64,000 bases of DNA from the human T2T-CHM13v2.0 reference genome, Homo sapiens, in assembly GCF_009914755.1 (NCBI RefSeq), contig NC_060932.1; one strand, given 5' to 3'. This document shows positions 15,886-31,756 of this stretch, piece by piece. The notes beneath the pieces were generated by a model. That model had not been told where the DNA came from and searched no databases. It saw only the letters and a program-made list of their open reading frames with translations. A program made the position numbers and the translations under genes. The stretch's first letter is position 1; every line of letters begins with the position of its first letter.

Positions 15886-15970
15886 CTCTGCATTCCTGGG
15901 GTCTGGGCAGCATCAACATTAGGATCACTTATATATCTGCACCAATTCCAGTGCAAAGATGTGTAATGGC
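15886..15970 (-). other. PTK2: Alternative 85-nt cassette exon of PTK2, largely from an antisense L2 3' end; frameshifting
   Basis: tttactttatactttggtacttag|GCCATTAC...ATGCAGAG|gtgagc. In the incoming phase it reads CHYTSLHWNWCRYISDPNVDAAQTPGMQ, whose first 21 residues match a FAK cDNA insert I recall after A472. Confidence 0.75.
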
Positions 15971-16167
15971 CTAAGTACCAAAGTATAAAGTAAATGCACA
16001 TCAATCTACCTTTACACATAAAACATGATGGTTTACCTGGAAAAATCTGTAGATAGGTGCTTGTACAAATTTAGACATTAATTTGCAAGGCAAAATAATA
16101 AACATAGTTGTCTCCTAAAAGTCAAAACACTATTTTTCTTATTTCTTCAGAGACAGTTTGGATTTCA

Positions 16168-16446
<279 letters not shown>

Positions 16447-16510
16447 TTAAAAACACTCAGTATAAAATCCCCTGAGAAAAATGGTCATGCACGTGAAACA
16501 TTACAGCAAA

Positions 16511-17645
16511 TCATTTATTCATTCATCTACAAACATGTGTTAAAGATACACCATGTGGCTGGTACTATTCTAAGTGCTTGGGATACACTGATGAACAGCA
16601 GAGGCAGCAGTCCCTGTACCTGTCACACTTACACTCCAGTGAGGAACACAGATAATAAATAAAGAATTAATTACATAGTATGTTAGAAGGTAACCGTGTT
16701 ACAGAAAAGGGAGAGAGCAGATCAGGATATGGAGACAGGGATGGAGGCTGCTGTATGAGGGGGACCTCACTGAGCAGATGAGACAAGAGCAAAAAAACTA
16801 AAGGAGGGAGGAGAGGGAGCTGGCTAAGAAACAGCAGGGAACAGTGTATAGCGTGCTCAAGGAACATGAGCAAGCCAGTGAGGCTGGCACAGAGGGTGGA
16901 AGGTAGGAGGGTGAAGATGACAGAGTCAGAGAGGAACGGAGGGGCCAGACCACACAGGGCCTTCAAGGCCAATAGAAAGATGCGACTTTTACTCAAGTGA
17001 AATGGAGAGCCAAGGTAGGGTTTGGACATTGGAGTACCATGGCCTGACCCAAAATTTTGAAGGAGCATTCTGCTGTGGTACTGAGAAATGGCTGCAGAGA
17101 GGCAAGGTTAGAGACACAGGGAGTTCTGCGGGTGGCTACCACAGTACCCCAGGTGACAGGTGACAGGTGATGGTGGCTTGGACAAACATGGTAGCAGTGG
17201 AGGTGGAGAGAAGGGCTGAGATTCTGGTTATACTCTGAAGCTAGGGCAAAGGTGGCTCATGATGCAGGTGTGAGAGAGTCAAGTTCAGGTTTTTGACCAG
17301 AAAAACTGACAAGATGGAAGGGGAAGATCAGAAGCTCGGCCTGGGATGTAATAAGCTTGAGATGTCAGTAAGATAGCCAAGTCACACAGGTGAAGTGACC
17401 AGCAGGATACTGTGACTGGCGTTCAAGAAAGAAATCTGAACTGGACATAGAAATCCAGAAGTAGCCTAGCCCATGTGACTGGATGAAATCACCAAGGGAG
17501 ATGAGAGAGGTCCAAGGACTGTGCTTTGAAGCTCTCCAACATGAAGAGGTCAGGGACAAGAGTGGAAAATGTCAAAGGAGACTGAGAAGGGGTGACCAGG
17601 AAGGCAGGAGACAAACCAAGAAAATGTGTTGCTCTGAAAGCCAAA
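16511..17645 (-). mobile_element. L2 (L2a-like) fragment
   Basis: (cattcatt) terminus, tattctaagtgcttgggataca, and the purine-rich antisense L2 body. Confidence 0.7.
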
Positions 17646-20025
17646 AAGTCATTATGCACACTTACTATTGTCTTTCACATTATATCATTTTATATATTAT
17701 AATTATACATAACACAGAGATAATATTGTCATTTACATAACTACTGTCTATTCTCCATCACTAAAATGTAAGTTTCAAGACAGCAAGTAACTTGCCTGTT
17801 TTGTCAAAAAATCCCCATTAGTATAGCACTGATGCATACTATATGCTCAGTAAAGATCTGCAGAATTAATTAATGCTATTAATATATTTCTTTTAAATGA
17901 AGATGTTCATTAATAAGTTAGATGTGTCATATTTTAAAAATACCTTAAATTGTGTTTTGCTTAACAAGTTAGCTGTCGCATACTTTCAAAATACCTTAAA
18001 TACCTTTATTTATTTTAGACTTCACACTAGTTGTATACTATGTGTTTCCAGGAAATAAAACATTTTCAAACAAGAGAAATCTGAATGGTAAGAGAACTGT
18101 ATCATCGACTCAGGGACTGCATTCCCTTTCTTCACCTCCAGAGGAGGCATGCCCATGTGCCAGATGCCTCAAGGAAGGGGTTCAGGTGGTAATGGTGACG
18201 TGGTCCTTGGAGGACAGAGTAGTTGGCTCACACAGAATGTGAACAAGAGCACAGAATACCCTATCTACTAAATGTTTGAGTTTACAACCTTAGAATCATT
18301 AACCGTATCTGTGCTAAAATATAACCACTTTGCTTTGAATGAGTCAGTCTTGTCTTCCTTAATTAGACTGTGTACTTCTTTAGGACCATGACCATGAATT
18401 CTTTTTCTAGCTAAATATGAGGCTGGCTGCAAGTAACAGGTATACGAGAAAACTGTATGGCTGGTATACTGTAAAACTGACCGAAAATGTCCATTTTATA
18501 GACGATCAGAGCAACAAAATCTTTGATAAGACCTTAAAACCATCATTAATCCTGTCAACTAATCAAATACTCAGTAAACATGGTGCTTTATTAAGACAGT
18601 CTAAGGAAATGCAAACAAAATACTGCTCTTTAAAGACCTAGGGTTTCAAATGAATGCTAAGTGTAAGATTCCATAGCTGGCAAATATACAAAATGCCAAC
18701 ATGAGCAGATTATGAGGCTCAGCCTTCGGTTTGGCGAATAGGACATGCGGCTAGTGGCCCCTAAAGTGGACAGCAGAGGTCTAGGGAATGCTGAACTGTT
18801 AGAAGGGCCAGTTACAGAGATCGGACTGCTGGAGAATGGGTCAGTTCAAAGTAAGTAAGACCAGAACGTGTGCAAAGGGTTTTTTCTAAAAACTAAAAAG
18901 TTACTAATTGGTAATTACTCAAAATAGATTTTTAAAATCTTCGTAAAATACAGGCAATATTTAGGGAAAAGAGAAGTTTTTCATTGTTCAATGAAAATAC
19001 CACCTTGTGGCCACTATGCCTAGACAAGGGATGCAAGATTAGGCTCTGAATTAATAACAGCTAGTAGACGTTTAAAATATCTTAACAAATAAATGTAGAA
19101 AAAAGCTATTCTAGGATGAATTAAGAGAAAATTAGATTTAATAACGGATTTTAAGGCTGCGAATAATAATGAGAGAATGTGCCAGTGATCAGCAGGTGCT
19201 TGAAGGAAAGAAAAAACAAGCCTGATAATCTTGCCTAATAAAGAAAAAAATGTGTGCCAATCAGATAAACTTCATGTTTACTGACTCTCAGAATGAAGGT
19301 CAAAATTCTTACCTCAAGGTTCACATGGCCCCACACATGTCCCCTGGTGGCTCTCCTAGTCTCCAAAAGGTTTCCTTTTGCCTTCCCTTTGTTTCCTATC
19401 CCTCTACTCCGCGGCCACACCGTCCTCCTGGTGGTGTACTGTCCTGCCCCGCCTCATGGCCTTTGCACTGGCTGTTCCTTCTGCCTAGAACAGGCTTCCC
19501 CATGAGAATGCTCAAGCTCCACTCCCTGTCTTACTTCAAAGCTCTGCTAACACGTCTTGTCAGAAGTTCTTTCTGAGCATCCCATGTGGAACAGCATCTT
19601 GACCTCCCATTTTCCATGCATTGTTTTTCTCAGACCCTCTTGGGATTTAGCGTACGTCTTTTTTGCCTGTCAACTTGTGCCTTGGGTAGAATTAAGTTAT
19701 ATCCCCCCACCACCTAGAAACAGTAGCTGTCACAGAGCAGAAAATGATTACAAAATTGCTCAAAGAATTAACTGAACCTTAAATAAAGTATCCAATGGTT
19801 GGTCCTTGCCCATGAAATTTATGCCACGTTACATTTTGACCAATCATCAAGAATGCTTGATAAAATATTATTTGATTTTACAGAATACTAAAGAACATGT
19901 TCTAGAAAAAGGATTTATAATAGAAACTTAAGAGAAATGAACAGACTGCTTTGCACTATAAAATTAGACTCCCACATTAAAAACAAAACAAACATATACA
20001 ATATACACAAGAAAGAAATTCAACA

Positions 20026-21013
<988 letters not shown>

Positions 21014-21747
21014 TTAAAAAATTATCTTGTATTTTCACAACTAAAATGGATTACGTATTTTAAAAGTGAATGAAATAAAGTCCACTAACCCTGCTATTAC
21101 CTGTGTTTAAGTCATGGTACTCTGGGAACTTTAGAATGCTTACCTATCAGGAATTTTGGAGATTATAGGAAGCTCAGAGATAATTTAGTTACATTCCAGT
21201 AATGTAGTCACCTTATCTCCCCCAATCTCAAACTGAGGCAGAGCCAGATCTAAATTTGTCTGTTTGTTTCTTTTTCACTAAATTTGCATCCATTGCTCCT
21301 TCTACTCTACTTTGCCTCAAAGGGCAGAGTTAAGAGACTGTGGAATATAGACAATACACCCATAGTTAAAAAAAATTGAAAAAGGAGTAAAAAACAGCAA
21401 AAAATATACAACAAATTATACAATTTGATATAAGCACAAGAGTAAAGGCTTCCAAAAGTGAACTAATTTGGTTAGTTTACTGGTGGCAATTATCTGTTAT
21501 CTTTGATTAAAAAAAACCCTTTTATAACTTTTGGGTTATAAAAGTAATGCTCAGAGCATCACTAGTACACGTGTAAAGGACATTAAAAATGCATAAACAT
21601 GGAGTTACTGAAGAAAAAAATGGTCATTTGCAGTTTCCAAGCAGGGGTATAAAATAAGAGTCAATTTTCTCTGTTATTGTAACTTTATTAGAGCCATCTC
21701 TGTTCACCTGCTACTATTCTAGTTCAAAGACAGTTTCTTGAGCAAGC

Positions 21748-23145
21748 ATGTCATGTGCCACAAAGTAACATTTTGGTCAATGATGGACCACATATACTAT
21801 AGTGGTCTCATAAGATTATAAAGAAGCTGAAAAATTCCTACTGCCTAGTGACATGACAGAAATCAAATTTCTTATGTGATCATGGTGATGCTGGTGTAAA
21901 CAAATTTACCGTACTGCCAGTCATATAAAAGTATAGTACATACAATTATGTATAGTGATTAATACATGATAATGATAATAAACGACTATGTTACAGGTTT
22001 TGTGTATTTACTATACTTTGTTTTTCTTTTTTTCTAATATACTACACTTTTAATTGTTATCTTAGAGTGTACTCCTACTTATTTATTTTTTAGAGGCAGA
22101 GTCTCACTCTGTTGTCCAGGCTGGAGTGCAGTGGTGTGAACAAGACTTATTGCAGCCTTGACCTCCTGGGCTCAAATGATCTTTCCTCAGCCTCCCAAGT
22201 AGCTGAGACTACAGGTGTGCACCACCAGGCCAGGTTAATTTTTAAAATTTTGTTTGAGACAGGGTCTTACTAAGTTGCCCAGGCTGGTATTGAACTCCTG
22301 GGTTCGAGTGATCTTCCTGCCTCAGTCTCCAAAGTGCTGAGATTACAGTCATAAGCCACAGCACCAGCCCCTTCTACTTATAAAACAAAACAAAACAAAA
22401 CAAAAACTAGTTAACTGTAAAACAGCCTCAAGCAGGGCCTTTCGCAGGTATCCAGAAGGAGGCATTGTTGCCCTAGGAGATGACATCTCCATGCACATTA
22501 CTGCCTCTGAGGACCTTCCAGTGGGACAAGGTGTGGAGGTCGAAGACAGTGATGTGGATGATCTCAACACTGTGTAGGCCTAGCCTAATGTATGTGTTTG
22601 TGTCTTAGTTAAGAAAAAAGTTTAAAAAATTAAAAAAATTTAAATAGAAAAAAGCTTAAAAGGTTCATGATGTAAAAAGGTTACAATAAGCTAAGGTTAA
22701 TTTAGTATTAAGAAAAGTTTTTAAGATAAATTTAACGTAGCCAAAGCGTACAGTGTTTATAGCCTATAGTAGTGTAGTCATAATCCAGGCCTTCACATTT
22801 ACTCACCCAGAGTAACTCCTAGTCCTGCAAACTCCATTCATGGTAAGTGCCCTATATGAGTGTACCGTTATTTTATACTTTATACTGTATTTTTACAGTA
22901 CTTTTTCTATATTTAGATATGCAAATACCATGTGCTACAACTGCCCACAGTATTCAATACAGTAACATGCCATACACGTTTGTAGCCTAGGAGCAACAGG
23001 CTATATTATATAGCCTAGATGTGTAGTAGGCTAGACCATCTAAGTTTGCGTAAGTATACCGTGTAACGTTTGCACGATCATGAAATCGCCTAACGATGCA
23101 TTTGTCAGAAAGTATCCCCATCTTTACACACGGCACATGATTGTA
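21748..23145 (+). mobile_element. Tigger3/Golem-type DNA transposon, interrupted by an Alu
   Basis: Termini gtcatgtgccaca...ggtcaatgatggaccacatatac and ...aaatcgcctaacgatgcattt...cacatgattgta match the recalled Tigger3 consensus. Confidence 0.75.
22083..22371 (-). mobile_element. Alu (AluJ-like) inserted in Tigger3
   Basis: Reverse-complement Alu flanked by CTACTTAT. Confidence 0.88.
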
Positions 23146-23189
23146 CTATTAGTCTAAAGTGTCATTTAAAAAATCACCAATCTAATTTA

Positions 23190-24745
<1,556 letters not shown>

Positions 24746-25122
24746 GCAATCATTTTTAAAATTTATTCATCTTTTTTGGAGGGTAAACTGGGGCAAATTA
24801 ACATTTCTTTCTCAAAAATGCAGGTAAATAGGTATACTGGCTGTTTCTGACTCTCATCTGATTTGCTAATTCCATCCAAAGAACAGTCACCTATAAAAAC
24901 TGTTACTGATGACAAAGGCTGAAAGATTAAAATGAATAAAAGACAGGCCCAGCCTTGTAGGAGCTAATGTTGCCATTTTTTGGTTTCTGAATACGCCAAG
25001 TATAAGCTGACATTTATGAAGAGCTTTATAAAAGACACCCGTAAATATTAATACCTAGAAGAACTAAGGACTCATGAAGACAAACAAAAGCAATTTAAAC
25101 TTAAATAGTCAAAATTAGTCTA

Positions 25123-25275
<153 letters not shown>

Positions 25276-26352
25276 TTAAGTAAAATATTCCAAATGTAGA
25301 AATAACACTTGACGTATTTCTTGATCATCCATAAGTAAAATTTCATCTGTGGCACATCAATCTATGAAAATGCTTTAAACACAGTGGAATTCTCTTAAAC
25401 AATATTTTAACAGGAATTCATGTAATTAGTTATGGTATTAGAAGAACTACTGAAACAATGAGTTCTACTAAAGGTAGATATTTTTCATGTTGTTCCTAGG
25501 AGTTTTTAAATTTCCGATTTATTTTATATCTATTTGATAGTTTTCTAAATAATTGCCCCAACTATTAAATTATATGCTTAACTATTAAGAACTATTAGTT
25601 TAGGTATTAATATATGAAGGCTATAAAAGCACAGTTATTAAAGCAATTATTTTACAAATAACTACAGTTTGTAAATATGGAAGCAACATAAAATTATGTC
25701 ATAAGTAAACTTTATGTTTTGAAAGTTTAAGAGTTTTCCACTTTATGATAATCCTATCTCTACATTACTCATGGAGCTAAAAGAGTTTAAAGAGGTAGTT
25801 TCTTAAAACTAATTTCAAAGTTAGATGACTCAGAATCAAGGTTGGATGTATCAACATTATAAATCATAAATATACTTTTGAGACCATGTGCCTCAAATTA
25901 ATATACTGTTATTGTAATATACAAAATCGATTATTCAGTAGGTTTTTGAGGCACATGGAAAGAAAATGCCCATTAAGAATGTAATAGATTCAATTATAAC
26001 CCATTTACTACTTGGTATTTTGATTTATTTCAGGTAAGAAACTCATCTCCATAGGTTATTGCATATATATTCCAGTAGTGTAATCACCAATGAAATACAC
26101 CAAGAGCCAAATATTTTTACATGTTCTCCCTGGTTTATCAAATTATAAACAACACAGAACATTCAACCCAAAATTTAGACAGTTATTTTCCTCTTTAAAA
26201 TCACTTTAGCTAGTAGTTCCATTGATTTAACAGTATAAGTAAACCAATGACAAATAGTTTAAAAATAAGTTAACCAAAAACTGAAACATCCCATATCACT
26301 CCACAGGTTGCAATTGCAAGCAAATGCAGTTAATTTAAAGGAATCCTGTTAC

Positions 26353-26373
26353 CTTCATCTATTCCATAGCTTT
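26353..26373 (-). CDS. PTK2: PTK2 neural microexon Box 7 (21 nt, KSYGIDE)
   Basis: ttgcaatacag|AAAGCTATGGAATAGATGAAG|gtaaca; phase 1/1, encodes the known FAK Box 7 peptide. Confidence 0.95.
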
Positions 26374-26756
26374 CTGTATTGCAATTAAGAGAGAAAAAAA
26401 TTGAAGACCTTGCTTAGAAATAACTAACAGCAATTAGGTTAACAACACAAACTTGAAGAGAATATTTCAACAATACTTAATTTTTAAAATATTTTAAGCA
26501 CAAATATGAATTTTAAAGAACTAAATACAAGTAAAAACTAAATATCTTCAAGTTAACTCAATGTTAGTTAAACAATGCTTTTAAGTTCCTATCTCATCAA
26601 GTTCCTGTAACTTATTTTTGTCAGGTATGGATGAAAGCCATGTTGGACATTTACTGCTCAACTATAAATAATAAATATACAAATAAAAACTGGATTATCT
26701 GCAGGAATGTACAAGTGTCTATATGGCTAATTAAAAAAGTAAACAAGTGTTTTGGT

Positions 26757-27062
26757 GTTTTTTTTTTCTTTTTTTGTTTTTCTGAGACAGCGTCTCACTC
26801 TGTTGCCCAGGCCAAAGTGCAGTTGTGCAATCAGGGCTCACTGCAGCCTCGACCTCACAGGCTCAAACAATCCTCACACCTCAGCCTCCTGAGTAGCTGA
26901 AACAACAGGTGCATGCTACCACGCCTGCCTAATTTATTTTGTTTTTGGTAGAGACAGGATCTTGTTATGTCACCTAGGTTGGTAACATACTCTTAGACTC
27001 AAACAATTCTCCTGCCTCTGTCTCCCAAAGTGCTGAGATTACAGATGTGCGCCACCATGCCA
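26757..27062 (-). mobile_element. Alu (AluJ-like)
   Basis: Reverse-complement dimeric Alu. Confidence 0.88.
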
Positions 27063-27798
27063 AAAAGTTAAACCTAAGTTTAAACATTTTTCCAAACTGA
27101 TACTGGCAATCAAAATGTACACACAAGTTTCAGCTCTGGCCTCTTTCGAGTAACTCTCTAGTCAAGAAGCTCCTGAAAGGGGACATGGGCCCACAGGGCA
27201 CAATGCACACTTGAAAGGCAACACTGGGTTGTTTCTCTTCATTCCGGTAATGCTTCCTCAATGTATACAGAAAATCCAAACAAGAATATTTACAAGAATA
27301 TTTATACTATAGAATAAGGCACCTATAACATTTATTTTACAAATATATATAGCTCTACTGAAATCAGGACATTCAGATTTTGAGTTAATTTCTAAGACTT
27401 CTGAAGACTCTTTAAAAGGCAGGTTTAATTTTTTTTTTTATACTCAAGTCAGTACTGTCTGGAACATTAAAAAAATAAGAAAATGAAATTAAGAAATAAA
27501 TTTCTTTTTGCAAATGAAATTTCAAGAGTTTATCTAATTCAAGATCTGGAGACTATACACTCCAACATGAGACCTGGGGCTTCAAGATTTTCCTTAATCA
27601 ACAAGCTGCACATCACAGAGAGAAGCAGAATCTTGACATTTCCAGGCTGTATGAAGGTCCTTTAAGAGTTCTGTTTCTCTCCCCACACCTCCCATCCCTG
27701 AGGTGTACAAACTGACGATGGTTATGAGCTATTTGTAATGGTTAGTCAATGGCAACAAAGAATAAACAATTTAAAGGGGGAAAATGCAAATTTTTGAA

Positions 27799-27903
27799 TA
27801 TATGTGTGTGAAAGTATGGGTATACGTGTGTGTATGTATGTGTATTATACATATATGGATATATATATTGTGTGTGTATATACACACACATTCACATATA
27901 TAC
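27799..27903. repeat. (TG)n/(TA)n/(CA)n degenerate microsatellite
   Basis: Alternating purine-pyrimidine dinucleotide run. Confidence 0.85.
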
Positions 27904-28218
27904 TTAACCAATAATACTAATTTTCTACAGACAGAAAATACCCTAATCAATAAAGGTTCTATTATGATAGAGTCAGAAAACAAGATTACAAAAATCCTGT
28001 AACTAAAAATTATTACAGATATTTGAGTTTTAGGCTTCTGACCTTAGAGTGGGCATATGTAAGTAATATAGAATGGTAAAGGTTGAAAAGAATATTTCTG
28101 TTCAGCATCCAAGGAAGTATTAAAAATGGCTCTAAAAAGACAGTAAGTATCAATAACTTTTAAATGCCAGGAGGCATCTGTCAAGTCTGAGCAAGAACAA
28201 AATCAGAAGTTTACTTAC

Positions 28219-28275
28219 TTGAGGGCATGGTGTAAGTATCTTCTTCATCTATAATCTCAGCATAATCATCTGTTT
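28219..28275 (-). CDS. PTK2: PTK2/FAK coding exon, 57 nt, residues ~E393-S411 (Y397 autophosphorylation site, Y407)
   Basis: ttttcctgcag|AAACAGATGATTATGCT...CCCTCAA|gtaagt; translates ETDDYAEIIDEEDTYTMPS. Y397 codon at 28262-28264. Confidence 0.99.
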
Positions 28276-30399
28276 CTGCAGGAAAAGAAACAGATATGTT
28301 GAAAGAGGTTAAACATCTGACCTCCTGGTATTTCATATAATTAAAGTAGGCAAAGCGATCTGCTTAAATCCTCTACTACGCTGAAATATTCTTAAAACAC
28401 TATTACTCAAATTTTGCTCACACATGAGTCATTTATGGAAATAAAAGTGACATCATTGTCCGATACGTTATAATACACAGACTTGTTTATCGGAGAGCAA
28501 ACAGGGCTAACACAGAAAGCCCTTGTAAAAAACAGAACGACATGAAACAACTATGTATATGCTTCAAATTAACCAATCTACCAACCGCAAAGCTCTTCCT
28601 CAACTACACCAAATACATGTTTAAAACTACAGTTGTCTACTGGGCTTTCTCCAAATAAGACTGGTATCTATAAAACACGGTATCTGATTTTATTAACAAT
28701 TAGACTTGACAGCATAATCTGAACGGAACCTTTAGAAAATAAATGGTACCTAATTTTTGAGATTAACTGTGCTAATTCATTCCATTTGCTCAGGGTTGAG
28801 AAATGCAACAGGAATTTGTTTCCTAACTTTTAAACTCAGATATTTTAGGCATTAATGTCAAAAGGGCAGATCTACAAAGAAAAAAAGGAGAATAAGCAGC
28901 ATATTACAATGAGGTTTTTTGAGATCACGTCAAGAAGTTCCAATGTATCTACCTACTCTTTTTGGGTAATACACCAACTTAAAAGTCCACCACTATATTA
29001 ATGGGAAATTTAAAAATACCCATCTGAAGAAAACAGTCACTCATGTGGTAACAACTATACTGAAAAAATCACTTCAGCCTTGTCTTTTTTCTCTTTCTAG
29101 AAAAACGAAAATCTTCAGCTGCTCCATGTATAAGGATTTTAACTGCTGGGCCATTCTTGTGAGTCAGTAAAGCAGGGACAGGACTTTGTGATGCATCATT
29201 TCCAAGGAGCTCTATTTTGATATTTTGACCTAGCATCCTTGTTTAACACCAATGAAACGAAAAGCTACAAGTTCTTTCTTCTGTGACGCCTTATTACTGC
29301 ATTCAGATATTAAAGGTACAGAATTCAAAGCAAATAGAGAATATATATGGTTTACAGTCACTGGGATATCAATCATTCCACATCTATGGTAATGACTGAG
29401 ATCAAATCTACAAGTGGAAGAATTCACTTCTTATTATGTAATCATCATTAAAAGTGATTACAGTAAAAAAAAAAGTTGGGGAAGCAGATTATAACACCAA
29501 TAAATCAATTCTCTTTAAGACAGTTATTATCTGTAAACTATTCCTAAGTCCTATATGACAGGCAGATAATCTATATTATTCTTATACGTTTATAAGAATA
29601 CTTAAAAGATTAAAAAAGTTTTAATAGACTCCAAATCATACATTCTTTTATTTCTGTATTCTCCCTCTTAATCTGTTTTCAGCAAATACTAAGAACAGTA
29701 AATTGGCATCTGTAGGCCTATAGCTCTGCTTCTGTGTAAGATGGCTTATCAAAACACCCTGTGAAAGAAAATTTGGGGACGGAAGGAAGCTGCTAACACA
29801 CTTGCAACAAAAAAGACTAAGCAGGGGAGGAATCTACTCTAACAGCTAAGGCAACAGAAGCCACACAAATGGCCATTTGCAATCATTTCTCTTTTGATTC
29901 CATAGTTTAACACGCTCAACTTTGTGATACTCTCCTCAGAAAATGAATGCAACTAAAGCTGTCTTTCCACACAACAGCCCTAGCACCCTCACTGCTTCCT
30001 TTCATATAAAGCACGTGCCTTTAGGAGTAAAGCACATGAATTGGCCCTGCTGCAGCAGGATTTTGGGAGAGCCACTCAAACTCTGCACCTCTGCTTCCCT
30101 TCCCCAGCTGCCCTGTTATCCAAACTGCTGAAAAGTCTCTACAACCCTGCACGTAGCTCATGGTGTTACGAAGCAGATGTTTTGCACTTGTCACCACAGC
30201 TTCATATGGCTGCAAAGTTCATTAAAAGCCTGTTCAGAAGCCCAAGTCTATCAGGTGACAGGTGTCTACTGCCTTAATGAAGAAGGGCATAAAGCTGCTG
30301 CTAACACCAGTGGCAGTGACCTCCAACTGAGGGCTTTACCATGCACCAAAGCTTATGCTGGCCTAGAGCCAATTCTGGTTTTAGCCACCTATTCAGAGA

Positions 30400-30950
30400 C
30401 CTCTCCTCAGACTAATTTGCCCCCATCCCACTGTTCTTAATCATGTTCCCTGACTCATTTTCCTCATTACCTATAACAACCTGATATAATTTTGTTTCCT
30501 GTGAACTGTATGCCCACCTCTCTAGAATGGAACAGCCACCAGAGTGGAACCTTCACGTATCTTGCTCAACACTGTGTCCTCAGCAGCTAAAACAGTGTCT
30601 AGCACAGAGAAGGTCCCTCAAGAAACACATGCTAAACCAAAAGAATGAATGCACTGCAACAATCAGTAAAGGAACGCTATACCCCTAAGAAACTGAGGCA
30701 AAGGATTTAATCTGTGTGAGGCAGCACAGAAGTGAATGGTAGAGCTGCAATACACGTGACAAAATACACAAGCCCATTTGGGGAAAACTGCTTGAGCTTT
30801 GGAAAGTCACTTCACCTGGCAATGCTTCAGCTGTGCCCTCGTGGGTAAAATAACATCATCTGCCTTGTAGCACTGTTATGAGGATTACAGGAGACATGAC
30901 AGAAAGTTGAGATGTGCCCTACACATAACAGATCATCAAGCAACAGTAAC
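30400..30950. mobile_element. L2 3' end (+) followed by MIR fragments
   Basis: aacagtgtctagcacagagaagg...aatgaatg (L2 end); aaactgaggc and aagtcacttcacct...gtaaaat (MIR core). Confidence 0.55.
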
Positions 30951-31477
30951 TCCTCTGATTGTTTTGCTTCTTCTGAGGGCTCTCTGAAAGGGACCTGGCA
31001 GTTGAGGATTTAGGATTCCTGTGTGCTGATACTCTCAGCCAATCTTTTTGGTTTGACAGCAGTCCTTCAAGGACTGTCTCATTTTATAAAATCCTCAGTA
31101 GAGATACCAACCTCTAAAATAATTGTGAAGGAGTAAAATAAATAGGCTAATATATATCAGGCTAGCACACATTGTGGAAAATATCATGTTGCATACATTT
31201 CAATTAATTCATACAATCACAAGAGAAAACCTGTAAATTTCTTTCTTTTTTTTTTTTTAGCTGGATGAATTGTACATAAAATCTCTGGGGATGTATCAAA
31301 GCTGTCTAGGAATTACTTATATTTGGGTTGCAGGTGTGTGTACTATGATGCAATGTGAATAGAGAATTCATGGAGTAAAATCAACAATGTTGCAGGTAAA
31401 TGATCTGCAAAAGTTTATAACCCTCTATATATGAGTTCATATGTATGGTAATATCTGGTGTATATTTCTAAGAATTC

Positions 31478-31756
<279 letters not shown>

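Noticed and set aside
18760-18790. CTCF-like motif TGGACAGCAGAGGTCTAG
   Set aside because: Three mismatches at core positions.
21138-21190. TAG|GTAAGC juxtaposition resembling a recursive splice site
   Set aside because: Weak pyrimidine tract, and the intron is only ~9 kb. Such motifs are expected by chance.
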